A stretch of DNA of 32,000 bases from an uncultured archaeon (lineage in GTDB: Archaea > Asgardarchaeota > Jordiarchaeia > Jordiarchaeales > Jordiarchaeaceae). A model generated the notes under the pieces. That model was not told the DNA's origin and did no database searches. It saw only the letters and a list, made by a program, of their open reading frames with translations. This document shows, in pieces, positions 8,821 to 18,233 of this stretch. The DNA lies in NCBI GenBank assembly GCA_964510585.1, contig CAZECW010000025.1:1-32000 (forward strand). Direction: 5' to 3'. The position numbers and the translations under genes are program-made. Numbering within the stretch: position 1 is the stretch's first letter; the number at the start of each line of letters is the position of its first letter.

Positions 8821-8837
8821 CACTAAAACTTATTCAA

Positions 8838-11669
8838 TTAGGTTTCGATGAGAACTCCTGGTTTTAACGGTTCAGCCACCCTTGCCTTCTCATGCTTCGA
8901 CTCCTCAGCCCTCAGAACCTCAACCTTAGCTCCAAATTCCTTAGATAAGAAATCCGCCGCCTCAGACAAAGTCTTAAACTCCATTTCCTGAGTAAGCATT
9001 TCATGGCGGGGATTCTTAAGCAATTTTTGCGCATAGTTCACAGCATCTTTTCCCTGCCTCTTAACCTCAGCATCAGCCATAACTCTCTTTATCAAATCTT
9101 CCCTACTCTTCAAGGACTCCGCTAAAATCTTGTACTTCCAACCCTGAGCCACAAAAAGAGTAATCTTAGAAGGCTTCTCAATTCTGGCAACCTTAAGAAT
9201 CTCCTTTATATCCTCAATAGTGTCGCCTATGAGCTTCTCCCGAAGCTCCAACTCCTCATCAAAATACTTCTCATCATAAGTCGGCCAAGGCTCCTGGACA
9301 ATGAATCTCTTGTGACCGATACTCTCCCAAATCTCCTCACAGATATGAGGAGTCACAGGAGACACCAGCAGAATCATAGTCTCCACAGCCTTCCTTAAAA
9401 CATCCGAATATTCCTCAGTACGCTTCATATACCAACGAATATCATTCCATAAATCAAAAAACCCCTCCTGAAGAGCAGAGCGGTTCCTCATAACCTCATA
9501 ATACTCGGTAGCCGCCTTAATATGCCTATGAACTCTACTCAAAAGCCAACGATCAATATCCCTATCCAAAGGCTTAGTCTCAGGCAAACTAGTAGCAAAA
9601 TCATAAAACAACTCCAACCTCCTACGGAGACTCACAACCTCCTGAGCCCGCCAATCCGGATCCACCAACCCCTCAGCCGAATAAGCCAACTCAAAACGAG
9701 TAGGATCAGCATTATACTGATCCAAAGCCTCCTTAAGAGTAATAAAAATCCCCCGCGACTTACTCATCTTCTGCCCCTCGATCTGAATCATACCATTAGC
9801 CCCCACCATCCGCGGCCACTTATCCTCAGGCCAAATAGCCACATGCTGAAACAAGAAAAACGTCAAATGATTAAAAATCAACTCCTTAGCCGAATTCCTA
9901 AGAGAAACAGGATACCAATACTCAAACTCATCCCTCATCTCCTCCAACAACTCCTCATCCAAACCACTCCTCCCAGCAACCTCCTCCACATTTCCCTTAC
10001 CTAAAAAAATATAATCAAAAACCTCACGAGTCAACTTCTCTGCCGGAATCCCCAAACCATAAATATGCTTAGCAACAGTGTAAAAGGCCATATAAACCGT
10101 AGAATCCGATAAAGTCTCCACAATCCAATCCGGATCCCAAGGAAGCCTAGTACCCAAACCACTCCGCCGCACACAAGCCTTATCCTCCAACCAATCCACC
10201 GTATACTCAAAAGCACTCCTAGCCTCATCTGGAACAATAACCATACGCCCCAAAAGCTCCCTAACCCGCGCCTTCCACTCCGGATCACTATACTTCAAAA
10301 ACCACTGATTCTCCAAAATCTTCACAATAGTACGCGTATTGCAACGACAAACCACGGGCTCCGCAGTCTCCCACAAGCTACTCGCCTTACCTTCACTCAC
10401 AAAATCCGCAATCAACTCCTTCTTAACCTCAGCAACACTCCGCCCCACATACTTACCAGTAACCTTTTTAAGAACACCCTTATGAAACTCCTTCCTATAA
10501 ACCTCCTTAGTGATATCCTCCAACCGCCCATCCTTCTGACTCTTAATACCAGCCGCCTCAACAAGCTCCACAGCAGGATGCTCACCAAACCCCTCAGTCT
10601 CAATCAAAGAAATAGGCTTCAACCCCACAACAATACTCGGATCAATACCATACTCTCTAAGAACCTCAGGATTCCTACGCAAATCAGCGATAGCCGCCCA
10701 GTCAAAAGGAGCATGACTCGGAACACTCATAACCACACCCGAAGCATTACCCGGATCAACAAAAGAAGCCGGCAAAATGGGAACCTCACTACCCACCACG
10801 ACATTCCTACAAAACTTACCAATAAGCCTACGCCCCTCGAACTCCTCCAAAACCTCAACCACATGCAACTGATCCCTAAGCTTCTGAACCGCCTCCCTAC
10901 TAACAATCCACACCTCACCATCAACACGAGCCCTAACATAAACCGCATCCGGGTTCAACCACATATTCGTAACACCAAAAACAGTCTCCGGACGCAAAGT
11001 AGCAGCCATAAGAAAAGCATCATCACACTCAAACTTCAACAAAGTATACTCAATAGGAGAAACACCCTCACCCACCAATCGATCATGATCACCAGTAGGC
11101 GACAAACAACGAGGACACCAAACCACAGGATGACTACCCAAAACCACATAACCCTTATCACGCAAAGTCCAATACTGCCACTCAACAAACTTATTATAAG
11201 GAGGATCAACAGTAGTAAACTGCCGCCGCCAATCAACACTAAAACCAATCCGATCCACTGTTTCTATAGCTTCAGCCCGATAATAATCACCAATATATTT
11301 TGGATCCGTAAATTTGCTAATCTCCTCCCGTGGCACACCACTCCTAATCAAAATATCAATCTGCTTCTGATCACCCTCAGCAATACGCTTAGCCACACCC
11401 ACAAGTGGCTCCCCCGTATAATGAAAGGCAAAGGGAAACAACACATTATAACCTTGCATACGCTTAAAACGAGCATAAATATCAACACGCAAACAAGTTA
11501 AGGCATGACCTATATGCAGTGGACCATTCATATAGGCGTAAGGAAATGTAAATAGTTTTCCTTTTGAATATTTAGATTTTCTTTTATTCTTTGGTGGTGG
11601 GTCTGCTTGGAATATTTTTGCCTGTTTCCACTTTTGTTGCCATTTTTTTTCTATTTGGTTCCAGTCCAT
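8838..11669 (-). CDS. leuS: Leucyl-tRNA synthetase (archaeal/eukaryotic type)
   Basis: MDWNQIEKKWQ N-terminus, FPYAYMNGPLHIGH, ATLRPET, editing-domain GVVMSVPSHAPFD, KMSKS. Start set at ATG 11669 rather than the track's 11849. Confidence 0.95.
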   Translation of the reverse strand: MDWNQIEKKWQQKWKQAKIFQADPPPKNKRKSKYSKGKLFTFPYAYMNGPLHIGHALTCLRVDIYARFKRMQGYNVLFPFAFHYTGEPLVGVAKRIAEGDQKQIDILIRSGVPREEISKFTDPKYIGDYYRAEAIETVDRIGFSVDWRRQFTTVDPPYNKFVEWQYWTLRDKGYVVLGSHPVVWCPRCLSPTGDHDRLVGEGVSPIEYTLLKFECDDAFLMAATLRPETVFGVTNMWLNPDAVYVRARVDGEVWIVSREAVQKLRDQLHVVEVLEEFEGRRLIGKFCRNVVVGSEVPILPASFVDPGNASGVVMSVPSHAPFDWAAIADLRRNPEVLREYGIDPSIVVGLKPISLIETEGFGEHPAVELVEAAGIKSQKDGRLEDITKEVYRKEFHKGVLKKVTGKYVGRSVAEVKKELIADFVSEGKASSLWETAEPVVCRCNTRTIVKILENQWFLKYSDPEWKARVRELLGRMVIVPDEARSAFEYTVDWLEDKACVRRSGLGTRLPWDPDWIVETLSDSTVYMAFYTVAKHIYGLGIPAEKLTREVFDYIFLGKGNVEEVAGRSGLDEELLEEMRDEFEYWYPVSLRNSAKELIFNHLTFFLFQHVAIWPEDKWPRMVGANGMIQIEGQKMSKSRGIFITLKEALDQYNADPTRFELAYSAEGLVDPDWRAQEVVSLRRRLELFYDFATSLPETKPLDRDIDRWLLSRVHRHIKAATEYYEVMRNRSALQEGFFDLWNDIRWYMKRTEEYSDVLRKAVETMILLVSPVTPHICEEIWESIGHKRFIVQEPWPTYDEKYFDEELELREKLIGDTIEDIKEILKVARIEKPSKITLFVAQGWKYKILAESLKSREDLIKRVMADAEVKRQGKDAVNYAQKLLKNPRHEMLTQEMEFKTLSEAADFLSKEFGAKVEVLRAEESKHEKARVAEPLKPGVLIET

Positions 11670-11779
11670 TCTTGTCGCCCTTGAAGATGGTGTGTTGTTA
11701 GGTTGGTTATCTATTGAGTCATTATTTAAGAATTGTGTGCAACTTTTGTTGAAACTGACATTTGTGTCTTTAATTATTT

Positions 11780-12208
11780 TTATTCTTCTGGCCATTGTCC
11801 TAGTTCTAGTATGAACCCACATTTTTCTTGCGTGTCTAGGTAAGCCCATTTTACTCCGAAGATTTCTCCTCTGTCGAGGATTTTTACTCCAATTTTTTCT
11901 AGGTTTTTTAGTTCTTTTTCAATATCCTTGCAGTGATAGCTTACGTGGTGGAGTCCTTCTCCTTTTTGTTTGAGCCATTTGGAGTGTATTGTGTCTCCTT
12001 CTAGGGGTTGGATTAGCTCGATTTGTAGGTCTCCCTGCTGGTATATGCCGATTTTCACTTTGCCGCCTGGTACTTCTGTTTCTATTGTGGGAAATGGTCC
12101 TATTCCCAGCTTTTCTAGGAATTTTGCGGTCTTTTCCATGTCTTTTACTACTATTCCTAGTTGGCTGATTTTGTAGTCTGTTACCTTTTCGCTTGATGTG
12201 GTTTCCAT
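11780..12208 (-). CDS. VOC-family protein (methylmalonyl-CoA epimerase/glyoxalase-like)
   Basis: QLGIVVKDME, QIELIQP, GEGLHHVSY, ILELG. Confidence 0.85.
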   Translation of the reverse strand: METTSSEKVTDYKISQLGIVVKDMEKTAKFLEKLGIGPFPTIETEVPGGKVKIGIYQQGDLQIELIQPLEGDTIHSKWLKQKGEGLHHVSYHCKDIEKELKNLEKIGVKILDRGEIFGVKWAYLDTQEKCGFILELGQWPEE

Positions 12209-12344
12209 TTTTATGCCTCCTTTTTTTGGGTTGTTGTTTAGAGTGTTTTGGTTCTTAATTTAATTTTCTATTTTAGATAATTTAAAAAGTGTGAGAGTTA
12301 ATTATTGGGTGATTTAATCTGTCTGGAATTTTGGGGTGTTTGTT

Positions 12345-12803
12345 ATGTTGGAGGATGTTGAGGAAATTAAAAAGTTGAAGGCTAAGTATTGCTATTATGT
12401 GGATGGGTATTATGAGGATTCGTCGTGTCTGGATTTGCTTTTGAGAGAAGTGTTTGCTGAGGATGCTTTTGTTGATTTTGGACCTTTTGGGAGTGCTAAG
12501 GGTCGGGAAGAGATAAGGAACTTCTATGTAAACGTGGTTTTTGGGGTGCTTTCTTTTAGTATGCATATGTTGCTTAACCCTCTGATAGAGATTAATGGTG
12601 AGAGTAGGGCTACGGGTAAGTGGTATTTTTTTGTTCCAAGTACTATGAGGGAGAACAATTTGGCCGGTTGGCTTGCGGGAATATATGATGATGAGTACGA
12701 GAAAAGGAATGGGAAGTGGTTTATAAAATCGCAGAGGGTTAAATGGTTCTTTGGCACCCCCTACGATAAGGGCTGGTCTAGAGAGAACATGATTCCTAAA
12801 TAG
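12345..12803 (+). CDS. SnoaL-like / NTF2-fold protein (LinA/BaiE-like)
   Basis: EEIKKLKAKYCYYVD, FAEDA, GREEI, MHMLLNPLIEING, ATGKWY, YDDEYEKRNGKWFI. ATG at 12345; track start is GTG 12336. Confidence 0.82.
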   Translation: MLEDVEEIKKLKAKYCYYVDGYYEDSSCLDLLLREVFAEDAFVDFGPFGSAKGREEIRNFYVNVVFGVLSFSMHMLLNPLIEINGESRATGKWYFFVPSTMRENNLAGWLAGIYDDEYEKRNGKWFIKSQRVKWFFGTPYDKGWSRENMIPK

Positions 12804-12994
12804 GAAGCAATTTGACTCCTTCATAGTCGGTAACTCGGTCATTCAAAATTGGATGTTGTAGGGGTCCCACTTTAGTGGTGAGTGAATTTTTTGGGTCTAG
12901 ATGATTTCGAGCCTCAGCCATAACTATTTATGGGTTGTGGAGCAAGTTGTATTAGTATCTCGTACCTGTTGGTAATTTGTTTTGGGGTGGTTTT

Positions 12995-14281
12995 GTGAAG
13001 GCTAGGGTTGTTGTTGAGGATGTTTCGGAAATTAGAGAGTCTTTGCTCCGGGTTTTTGATGCTTTTGGTGGTGTTGAGGAGTTTGTTAAGCCTGATTCTA
13101 AGGTTTTCATAAAGTATAATGGTGTCCACTTTGGTAGGGTGATGTATACTGATCCTAGGGTTATAGGTGAGATGGTTAGTATTGCTAGGGAATTTACTGT
13201 GGATAAGGTTTATGTGATGGAGAATTCTACTCAGGGCAATTTTACTCGTATGGTCGCTGAGGTTAGTGGTATTGCTCAAATTGTTGAGGAGAGGGGGGGT
13301 GAGAATCTGTACTTGGATGAGCAGAAGCCGGTTATGGTGGAGATGGGTGATGAGCGTATTCCTACTAAGTTTCCTGAGATTTTGTATGATAACCTTATTC
13401 GCAGGAAGGGTAGCAATGTTCTGATTAATATTCCCAAGCTTAAGACGCATTGGGAGACTACTGTTACGCTGGGCATTAAGTGTTTTCAGGGGCTTCTTTA
13501 TGATTGCGATAAGCTTGTGAATCATAATTATAAGTTGCATCAGAAGCTTGTGGATACTGTAAAGTTTATTCGTCCGGATTTTACGATTATTGAGGGTATT
13601 ACTGCCACCCGGTTTGGCCATTTTCCCCCCGAGACTTTGCTTTCGGAGTGTGTGGTTCCATTGAATATTTTTATTGCTTCGAATGATGTGGTTGCATGTG
13701 ATACAGTGGGTGCGAAAATTCTGGGTTATGATGTTGAAGAGGTGAAACATATTAAGCTTGCCGCGGAGCAGGGACTAGGGATCGGTGACCTTAAAGATAT
13801 TGAAATTATCGGTGACATTTCGCGTTTCAGAGAGCGTTTCCCATATACCCCCTGTAGGGACTGCCCCAGTGAGGTGCGCTTTATTAGGGGGAGGGAGATG
13901 GCCTGTGTGGAGGGCTGCTATGGAAACACATTATTGGCTCTCCTCTATTTCTGGTACGATTTTAAAGGTGAGGGCGGCTTTAACATTATTGCAGGTAAGG
14001 GTGTTAGTGAGGACGAACTGGACAACCTTCTGCCCGGGGACATTTTAATCGTTGGGCCTTGCACAATTGAAGAGAACTTGGACAGGATTCGTGAAAAGTA
14101 TCCTGAACGCAAAATTTATACTATACCTGAATGTAACGATATTGCCAAAATTACTGCGTATCTGTGTGCCATGATGAAAATTGATGTTCTTAGCATGATT
14201 CCAATGGACACGAATAAAACGCTCGAAATAATACAACAGGCCCTGCAACATGGATTAGACGCAAATCTTCCCCTCCTCTAA
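12995..14281 (+). CDS. DUF362-domain protein with Cys-containing C-terminal extension
   Basis: FDAFGGVEEFVKPDSKVFIKYN, TDPRV, INIPKLKTH, VTLGIK, DVVACDTVG; extension contains CVEGC and GPC. GTG 12995 follows SD-like GGGGTG (track start 12977). Confidence 0.78.
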   Translation: MKARVVVEDVSEIRESLLRVFDAFGGVEEFVKPDSKVFIKYNGVHFGRVMYTDPRVIGEMVSIAREFTVDKVYVMENSTQGNFTRMVAEVSGIAQIVEERGGENLYLDEQKPVMVEMGDERIPTKFPEILYDNLIRRKGSNVLINIPKLKTHWETTVTLGIKCFQGLLYDCDKLVNHNYKLHQKLVDTVKFIRPDFTIIEGITATRFGHFPPETLLSECVVPLNIFIASNDVVACDTVGAKILGYDVEEVKHIKLAAEQGLGIGDLKDIEIIGDISRFRERFPYTPCRDCPSEVRFIRGREMACVEGCYGNTLLALLYFWYDFKGEGGFNIIAGKGVSEDELDNLLPGDILIVGPCTIEENLDRIREKYPERKIYTIPECNDIAKITAYLCAMMKIDVLSMIPMDTNKTLEIIQQALQHGLDANLPLL

Positions 14282-14470
14282 AAGCTCATCCTTATTGGGC
14301 GGCCCCTCCCCCCTTTGTGTTTTAATCCCCTTCTCCCTAGTTTCTCCCTTTTTATAAAGTATGATAAATGCTTAAATATGGAAAATAGATATGGTTAATT
14401 TAATTTGCACATGTATATAGAATTAGTGTTACACCCCTCTGAGATAAAGCTAGTTGAGGGTTGAGTTGGT

Positions 14471-15691
14471 ATGACAAAAATTTTCTTCACCAAAGAAGAA
14501 TTACGTTTCAGAGAGGAAGTTCGGGAATTCGCAAGAAGAGAGATAGCTCCATATGCCGACGATGTTGAAAAAGGAATGTATCCAGGGCCGCTCCTGAAGA
14601 AAATTGCTGAGGCGGGATACATGAGACAGCTGCATCCAATTGAGTACGGTGGAACCAACAAGGGCTTGGTGTACGAGATGATTGTCGCCGAGGAGATTGC
14701 TGCAGTTAGTGCACCCACCGATATGTCGCGTACTGCTTCATCTACACTATGTGCGATTCCCATATCTCGATTCGGTACTGATGAACAGAAAAGAAAGTAC
14801 CTGACACCTATAATAAGGGGAGAAATGATTGGGGCAATAGGCATTACAGAGCCAGATGTGGGGTCTGATACTGCTGGCATGAAAACTCGCGCAATAAGAG
14901 ATGGAGATGAGTATGTCATCAATGGTGAGAAGAGATTTATAACGAATGGGGCGGATGCGGATATTATTACTCTATTTGCCATTTCGAATCCGGAAGTGCC
15001 AGCGAAGCGGGGCGCTAGTGCTTTTATTTTTCCAACAGATACAGAAGGATTTAAGGTTGAGAAGGTTTACAACCTTCTGGGTATGCACGGTATGCGCATT
15101 GCACATTTGAAGTTTGAGAATTGCCGTATCCCCGCTGAAAATCTTCTTGGTAAGGAGGGTATGGGTTTTAATATCCTTATGGACGAGTTGGACACTGAGA
15201 GGATTTCTATTGCAGCAGAGATGATTGGAATTGCCCGGGCAGCATTTGAGATAGCCGTGAAATACTCCACCGAGCGTGTGCAGTTCAATAGGCCAATTAA
15301 CTGGTTTGAGGGGGTAAGTTTTAAGATTGCTGATATGGCTACCCAGCTAGATGCGGCGGAGCTTTTAACTCTACGTGCAGCACGGATGGTAAATCGTGGT
15401 GAAAATGCCAGCAAGGAATCAGCTATGGCTAAGGTGTTTGCAGTAGACCACGCCTTTGAAATTTGTAATCAGGCACTACAAATACTGGGCGGCATCGGGT
15501 ACACAACCGAATACCCTGTTGAACGCTATTTAAGGGATGTTAGGATTGGTATGATTGGCGGCGGGACGTCGGAAATAATGAGGTTTCTGATTCAGAGAGA
15601 GGTCTATAGGGAATTTGAGCAAAAGGCGGGAAAGGAGAAGCAAGCTATACCTGTTGAAGTTTCAAGCACTTCTGGCAGAGAGAACCCCTAA
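14471..15691 (+). CDS. Acyl-CoA dehydrogenase
   Basis: FGTDEQKRKYL, AIGITEPDVGSD, INGEKRFITNG, ILGGIGYTTEYPVERYLRD, IGGGTSEI. Confidence 0.93.
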   Translation: MTKIFFTKEELRFREEVREFARREIAPYADDVEKGMYPGPLLKKIAEAGYMRQLHPIEYGGTNKGLVYEMIVAEEIAAVSAPTDMSRTASSTLCAIPISRFGTDEQKRKYLTPIIRGEMIGAIGITEPDVGSDTAGMKTRAIRDGDEYVINGEKRFITNGADADIITLFAISNPEVPAKRGASAFIFPTDTEGFKVEKVYNLLGMHGMRIAHLKFENCRIPAENLLGKEGMGFNILMDELDTERISIAAEMIGIARAAFEIAVKYSTERVQFNRPINWFEGVSFKIADMATQLDAAELLTLRAARMVNRGENASKESAMAKVFAVDHAFEICNQALQILGGIGYTTEYPVERYLRDVRIGMIGGGTSEIMRFLIQREVYREFEQKAGKEKQAIPVEVSSTSGRENP

Positions 15692-15710
15692 GGATTAATC
15701 CTCTAGTTAA

Positions 15711-15720
15711 ACTTTTTTTG
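15711..15720 (+). terminator. Oligo-T terminator candidate after the acyl-CoA dehydrogenase gene
   Basis: A T7 run lies about 20 nt after the stop codon. Confidence 0.4.
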
Positions 15721-16106
15721 CTCCCTTCTTGACAGTATCCCTAGGAGGATTTCTTGTTTCCTACGGTACTGGGAGCGGCTTCCACACCACTTTTCATATA
15801 TGGAAGGAAAATCAGGAAATAGTAGCAAGTCTGACACTGGCAAACGGCTCTTTTTTGGTTGGCGTTTCTTGGATGTCTGTTTTTAACAGGATTTTAAACC
15901 CGATATTTTTACTGGGGATATATACAAACTTTTAATAAAACATTTAAATTATGGGGGATGACTGAATAAGTGGTATAATTTATGTTTCGCCTGCGTGAAA
16001 AGATATTAGAATTAGGTTTTGAGTAGTGTTTCAAAGTTGATTTGGATAGTTTGGAAAAATGGGTACCCTGAGAGCTGATTTAATGTTTTGCTGGAGTTGA
16101 ACGTTT

Positions 16107-16613
16107 ATGGTTTTGCGAGAAAGCTTGAATAAATTGACTCCGGAGAAGGAGATTGAGTTTCTTCGCGGAGCCTATTTTGGTGTGGATGGAGTTTGGTTTC
16201 TGGTTTGTGAGGATGAATATGATTTTGATGAGGCTCTTTACTTAGATGGTGAGGTTTGGAAACGTTTCGCTAAAATCCTGGCGAAGAGGGTGAAGAGATT
16301 ATTTGATGTTGAGGGCGAGGATGCGGAAACTGTGGCTGACACCCTTGCTTTACGCTGGACTATGGAAAAATGGGAATTTGAGGTTTTAGAGTATAGTGCA
16401 AAGAGGAGTGTACTACGGGTTACAAGTTGTCCTTGGCTTGAGGGGTTAAAAAAGTCCAATAGGGAGAAATTTATACCTAAAATATGCGACCCAGTTTGCG
16501 AGATTGTTTATCACAGCTGGGCGGAAGCCATTAACCCAAAAATCGAGGTAGAGAAACCGAAAACGAGGGGAAAAGGAGACACGTATTGCGATTTCATATT
16601 TACTCTAAAGTAA
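16107..16613 (+). CDS. DUF6125 / ATC-hydrolase-like small-ligand-binding protein
   Basis: YFGVDGVWF, EALYLDGEVW, VTSCPW, CDPVC, GDTYCDFIF. Confidence 0.65.
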   Translation: MVLRESLNKLTPEKEIEFLRGAYFGVDGVWFLVCEDEYDFDEALYLDGEVWKRFAKILAKRVKRLFDVEGEDAETVADTLALRWTMEKWEFEVLEYSAKRSVLRVTSCPWLEGLKKSNREKFIPKICDPVCEIVYHSWAEAINPKIEVEKPKTRGKGDTYCDFIFTLK

Positions 16614-16692
16614 TAGTTTCAGGTTGGGGCAAAGATAGGTTAAAGAAGAAATTGATATTTTATGCTACACCTTTCTTATGGTGGTGATGTAG

Positions 16693-17103
16693 ATGTCGCT
16701 TGGCGGCAAGATAAGAAACTTTCTGGGCGACGATCCTAAGAAGCTTGTTGATGAAATACTCAAGAGCATGAAAGAAGAGTATGGTGAAATTCCCTTTATT
16801 GCAAAATCTATGAGTAGTCAGAGACCAGAAGCATTTATTTTCAATGCCCTACAAACCCTATTTATATTGAAAAGGCCTAAAGCAGTTCCTCAAAAAACAG
16901 CGGAGCTCTTAGCCATCGCAGCCGCTACCGCCATTGGATGCGAACACTGTATAGATTTTCATATAAGGGCCGCTATGCGCCTTGGAGTGTCCAAGGATGA
17001 AATATTTGACGCCATAATGGTTGCCGGCCTAATCTCTCAGACGTCAAAATTAGCCGTAGGCCTAAGAAAGCTGGAGAGGGCTTCCCTATCAGATTCACCT
17101 TAG
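16693..17103 (+). CDS. Carboxymuconolactone decarboxylase / AhpD-like protein
   Basis: KTAELLAIAAATAIGCEHCIDFHIRAAMRLGVSKDEI, with CxxC and His intact. Confidence 0.85.
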   Translation: MSLGGKIRNFLGDDPKKLVDEILKSMKEEYGEIPFIAKSMSSQRPEAFIFNALQTLFILKRPKAVPQKTAELLAIAAATAIGCEHCIDFHIRAAMRLGVSKDEIFDAIMVAGLISQTSKLAVGLRKLERASLSDSP

Positions 17104-18233
17104 GGTTCCTTATGGAAGTGGTTTCCAGCGAATAATTCAGCTATATCCACTATCTTAATTTTGCTCCGAGATTTCAATAGATTTTGCAGACAGGAGGGGC
17201 AAGATGTGATTATAGCATCAACTCTTAACTTTTCCGCCTCATCTATTTTGAGTTCCGCAGCATTCCGAGCAGTTTCTTGGTCGTAGGCTCTCAATAAACC
17301 TCCTCCCCCACAACATATCGCTTCGTCCTTGCACTGATTGTATTCCTCAAGCTTCAACCCCGGAATACTTTTAAGCGCTCTTCGCGGCTCTTCTATTACC
17401 CCACATCCCCGAGCTAGTTCACAAGGATCTTGGTAAACTACACGTAGGTCACCCACAGATTCTGGTTTAATTTTTCCCTCCTCCACGAGTCTGGATATGA
17501 ACTGGGTTATATGTTCCACTTTGAAGGGAACTTCAGTGATTTTGGGGTAAACATCTCTCCACATTCTAAAACAGGCGGGACACGATGTTACCAATGTCTT
17601 TATTTTGAGATCCTTGAAGGCCTTCACGTTTTCTTCTATAATTTTTTTCGCTTGCCCCAGTCTTCCCGCCATAAGTAGGGGAGCCGCACAGCAGTTCTCA
17701 TCGGGGCCTAGAATTGTGAAGTCTACGTTTGCCTTTCGGAAGATTTTTATGGTCGCCAAAGGAATTCTTGCAGCGGAGGGGCTATATGCAGAGTTGCAGC
17801 CAACAAAATACCCTACCTCAGCTGGAACCTTCACCCTGTCTTCCACCGGCTCTTCTGATTCGTAAGTCCACATCAACCAGTCCTCCCTCTCTGCTCCATG
17901 GACATTTCCACTATCCTGAATATTATCTACTACTTGTTTTACATTTGTGGGAAGCTCATCTTCCCCTAATTGACTTCTAAGGTACTCAACGACTAGGGGA
18001 ACCGGGACGCCTCTGGGACAGACCTTCACACAAGCCATGCACAGGGTGCAGTTAAAGGAGTTTTTGGCAGAGTGCTTCTCTCTCTCTGGGGTTCTGAAGC
18101 CCTCGGAGGCAAAATATCTAGAGTTTACTGGTGAACTTGCTCTGGCCACAGGGCAGAAGGCGATGCAGGTGCCACATCTTATACATTTGTCTGTTTTTTT
18201 GAGAAGTTCGGCTTTTTCACCCAATTCTAGCAT
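17100..18233 (-). CDS. glpC: Fe-S/CCG-domain subunit (GlpC/HdrD-like) of anaerobic glycerol-3-phosphate dehydrogenase
   Basis: Two CxxCxxCxxxCP motifs (CIRCGTCIAFCP, CTLCMACVKVCP), two CCG domains (NCCAAP, ICCGGG); overlaps the glpB stop. Confidence 0.78.
   Translation of the reverse strand: MLELGEKAELLKKTDKCIRCGTCIAFCPVARASSPVNSRYFASEGFRTPEREKHSAKNSFNCTLCMACVKVCPRGVPVPLVVEYLRSQLGEDELPTNVKQVVDNIQDSGNVHGAEREDWLMWTYESEEPVEDRVKVPAEVGYFVGCNSAYSPSAARIPLATIKIFRKANVDFTILGPDENCCAAPLLMAGRLGQAKKIIEENVKAFKDLKIKTLVTSCPACFRMWRDVYPKITEVPFKVEHITQFISRLVEEGKIKPESVGDLRVVYQDPCELARGCGVIEEPRRALKSIPGLKLEEYNQCKDEAICCGGGGLLRAYDQETARNAAELKIDEAEKLRVDAIITSCPSCLQNLLKSRSKIKIVDIAELFAGNHFHKEP

Noticed and set aside
9522-11501. 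Long antisense ORFs (9522-10004, 10482-11501) and other shadow frames over leuS
   Set aside because: They have no recognisable motifs; the N/T/H/P/I-rich composition and lack of stops follow from the G-poor plus strand.
11670-11849. 60-aa N-terminal extension of LeuRS in the ORF track
   Set aside because: It overlaps the VOC gene, is low-complexity, and the canonical MDWNQIEKKWQ start follows at 11669.
12282-13750. Antisense ORFs 12282-12842 and 12914-13750
   Set aside because: They are mirror products of the strand bias opposite well-supported genes.
15729-15935. 68-aa ORF in the acyl-CoA dehydrogenase / DUF6125 spacer
   Set aside because: TTG start right after a terminator-like T-run, no SD and no motif; probably non-coding.
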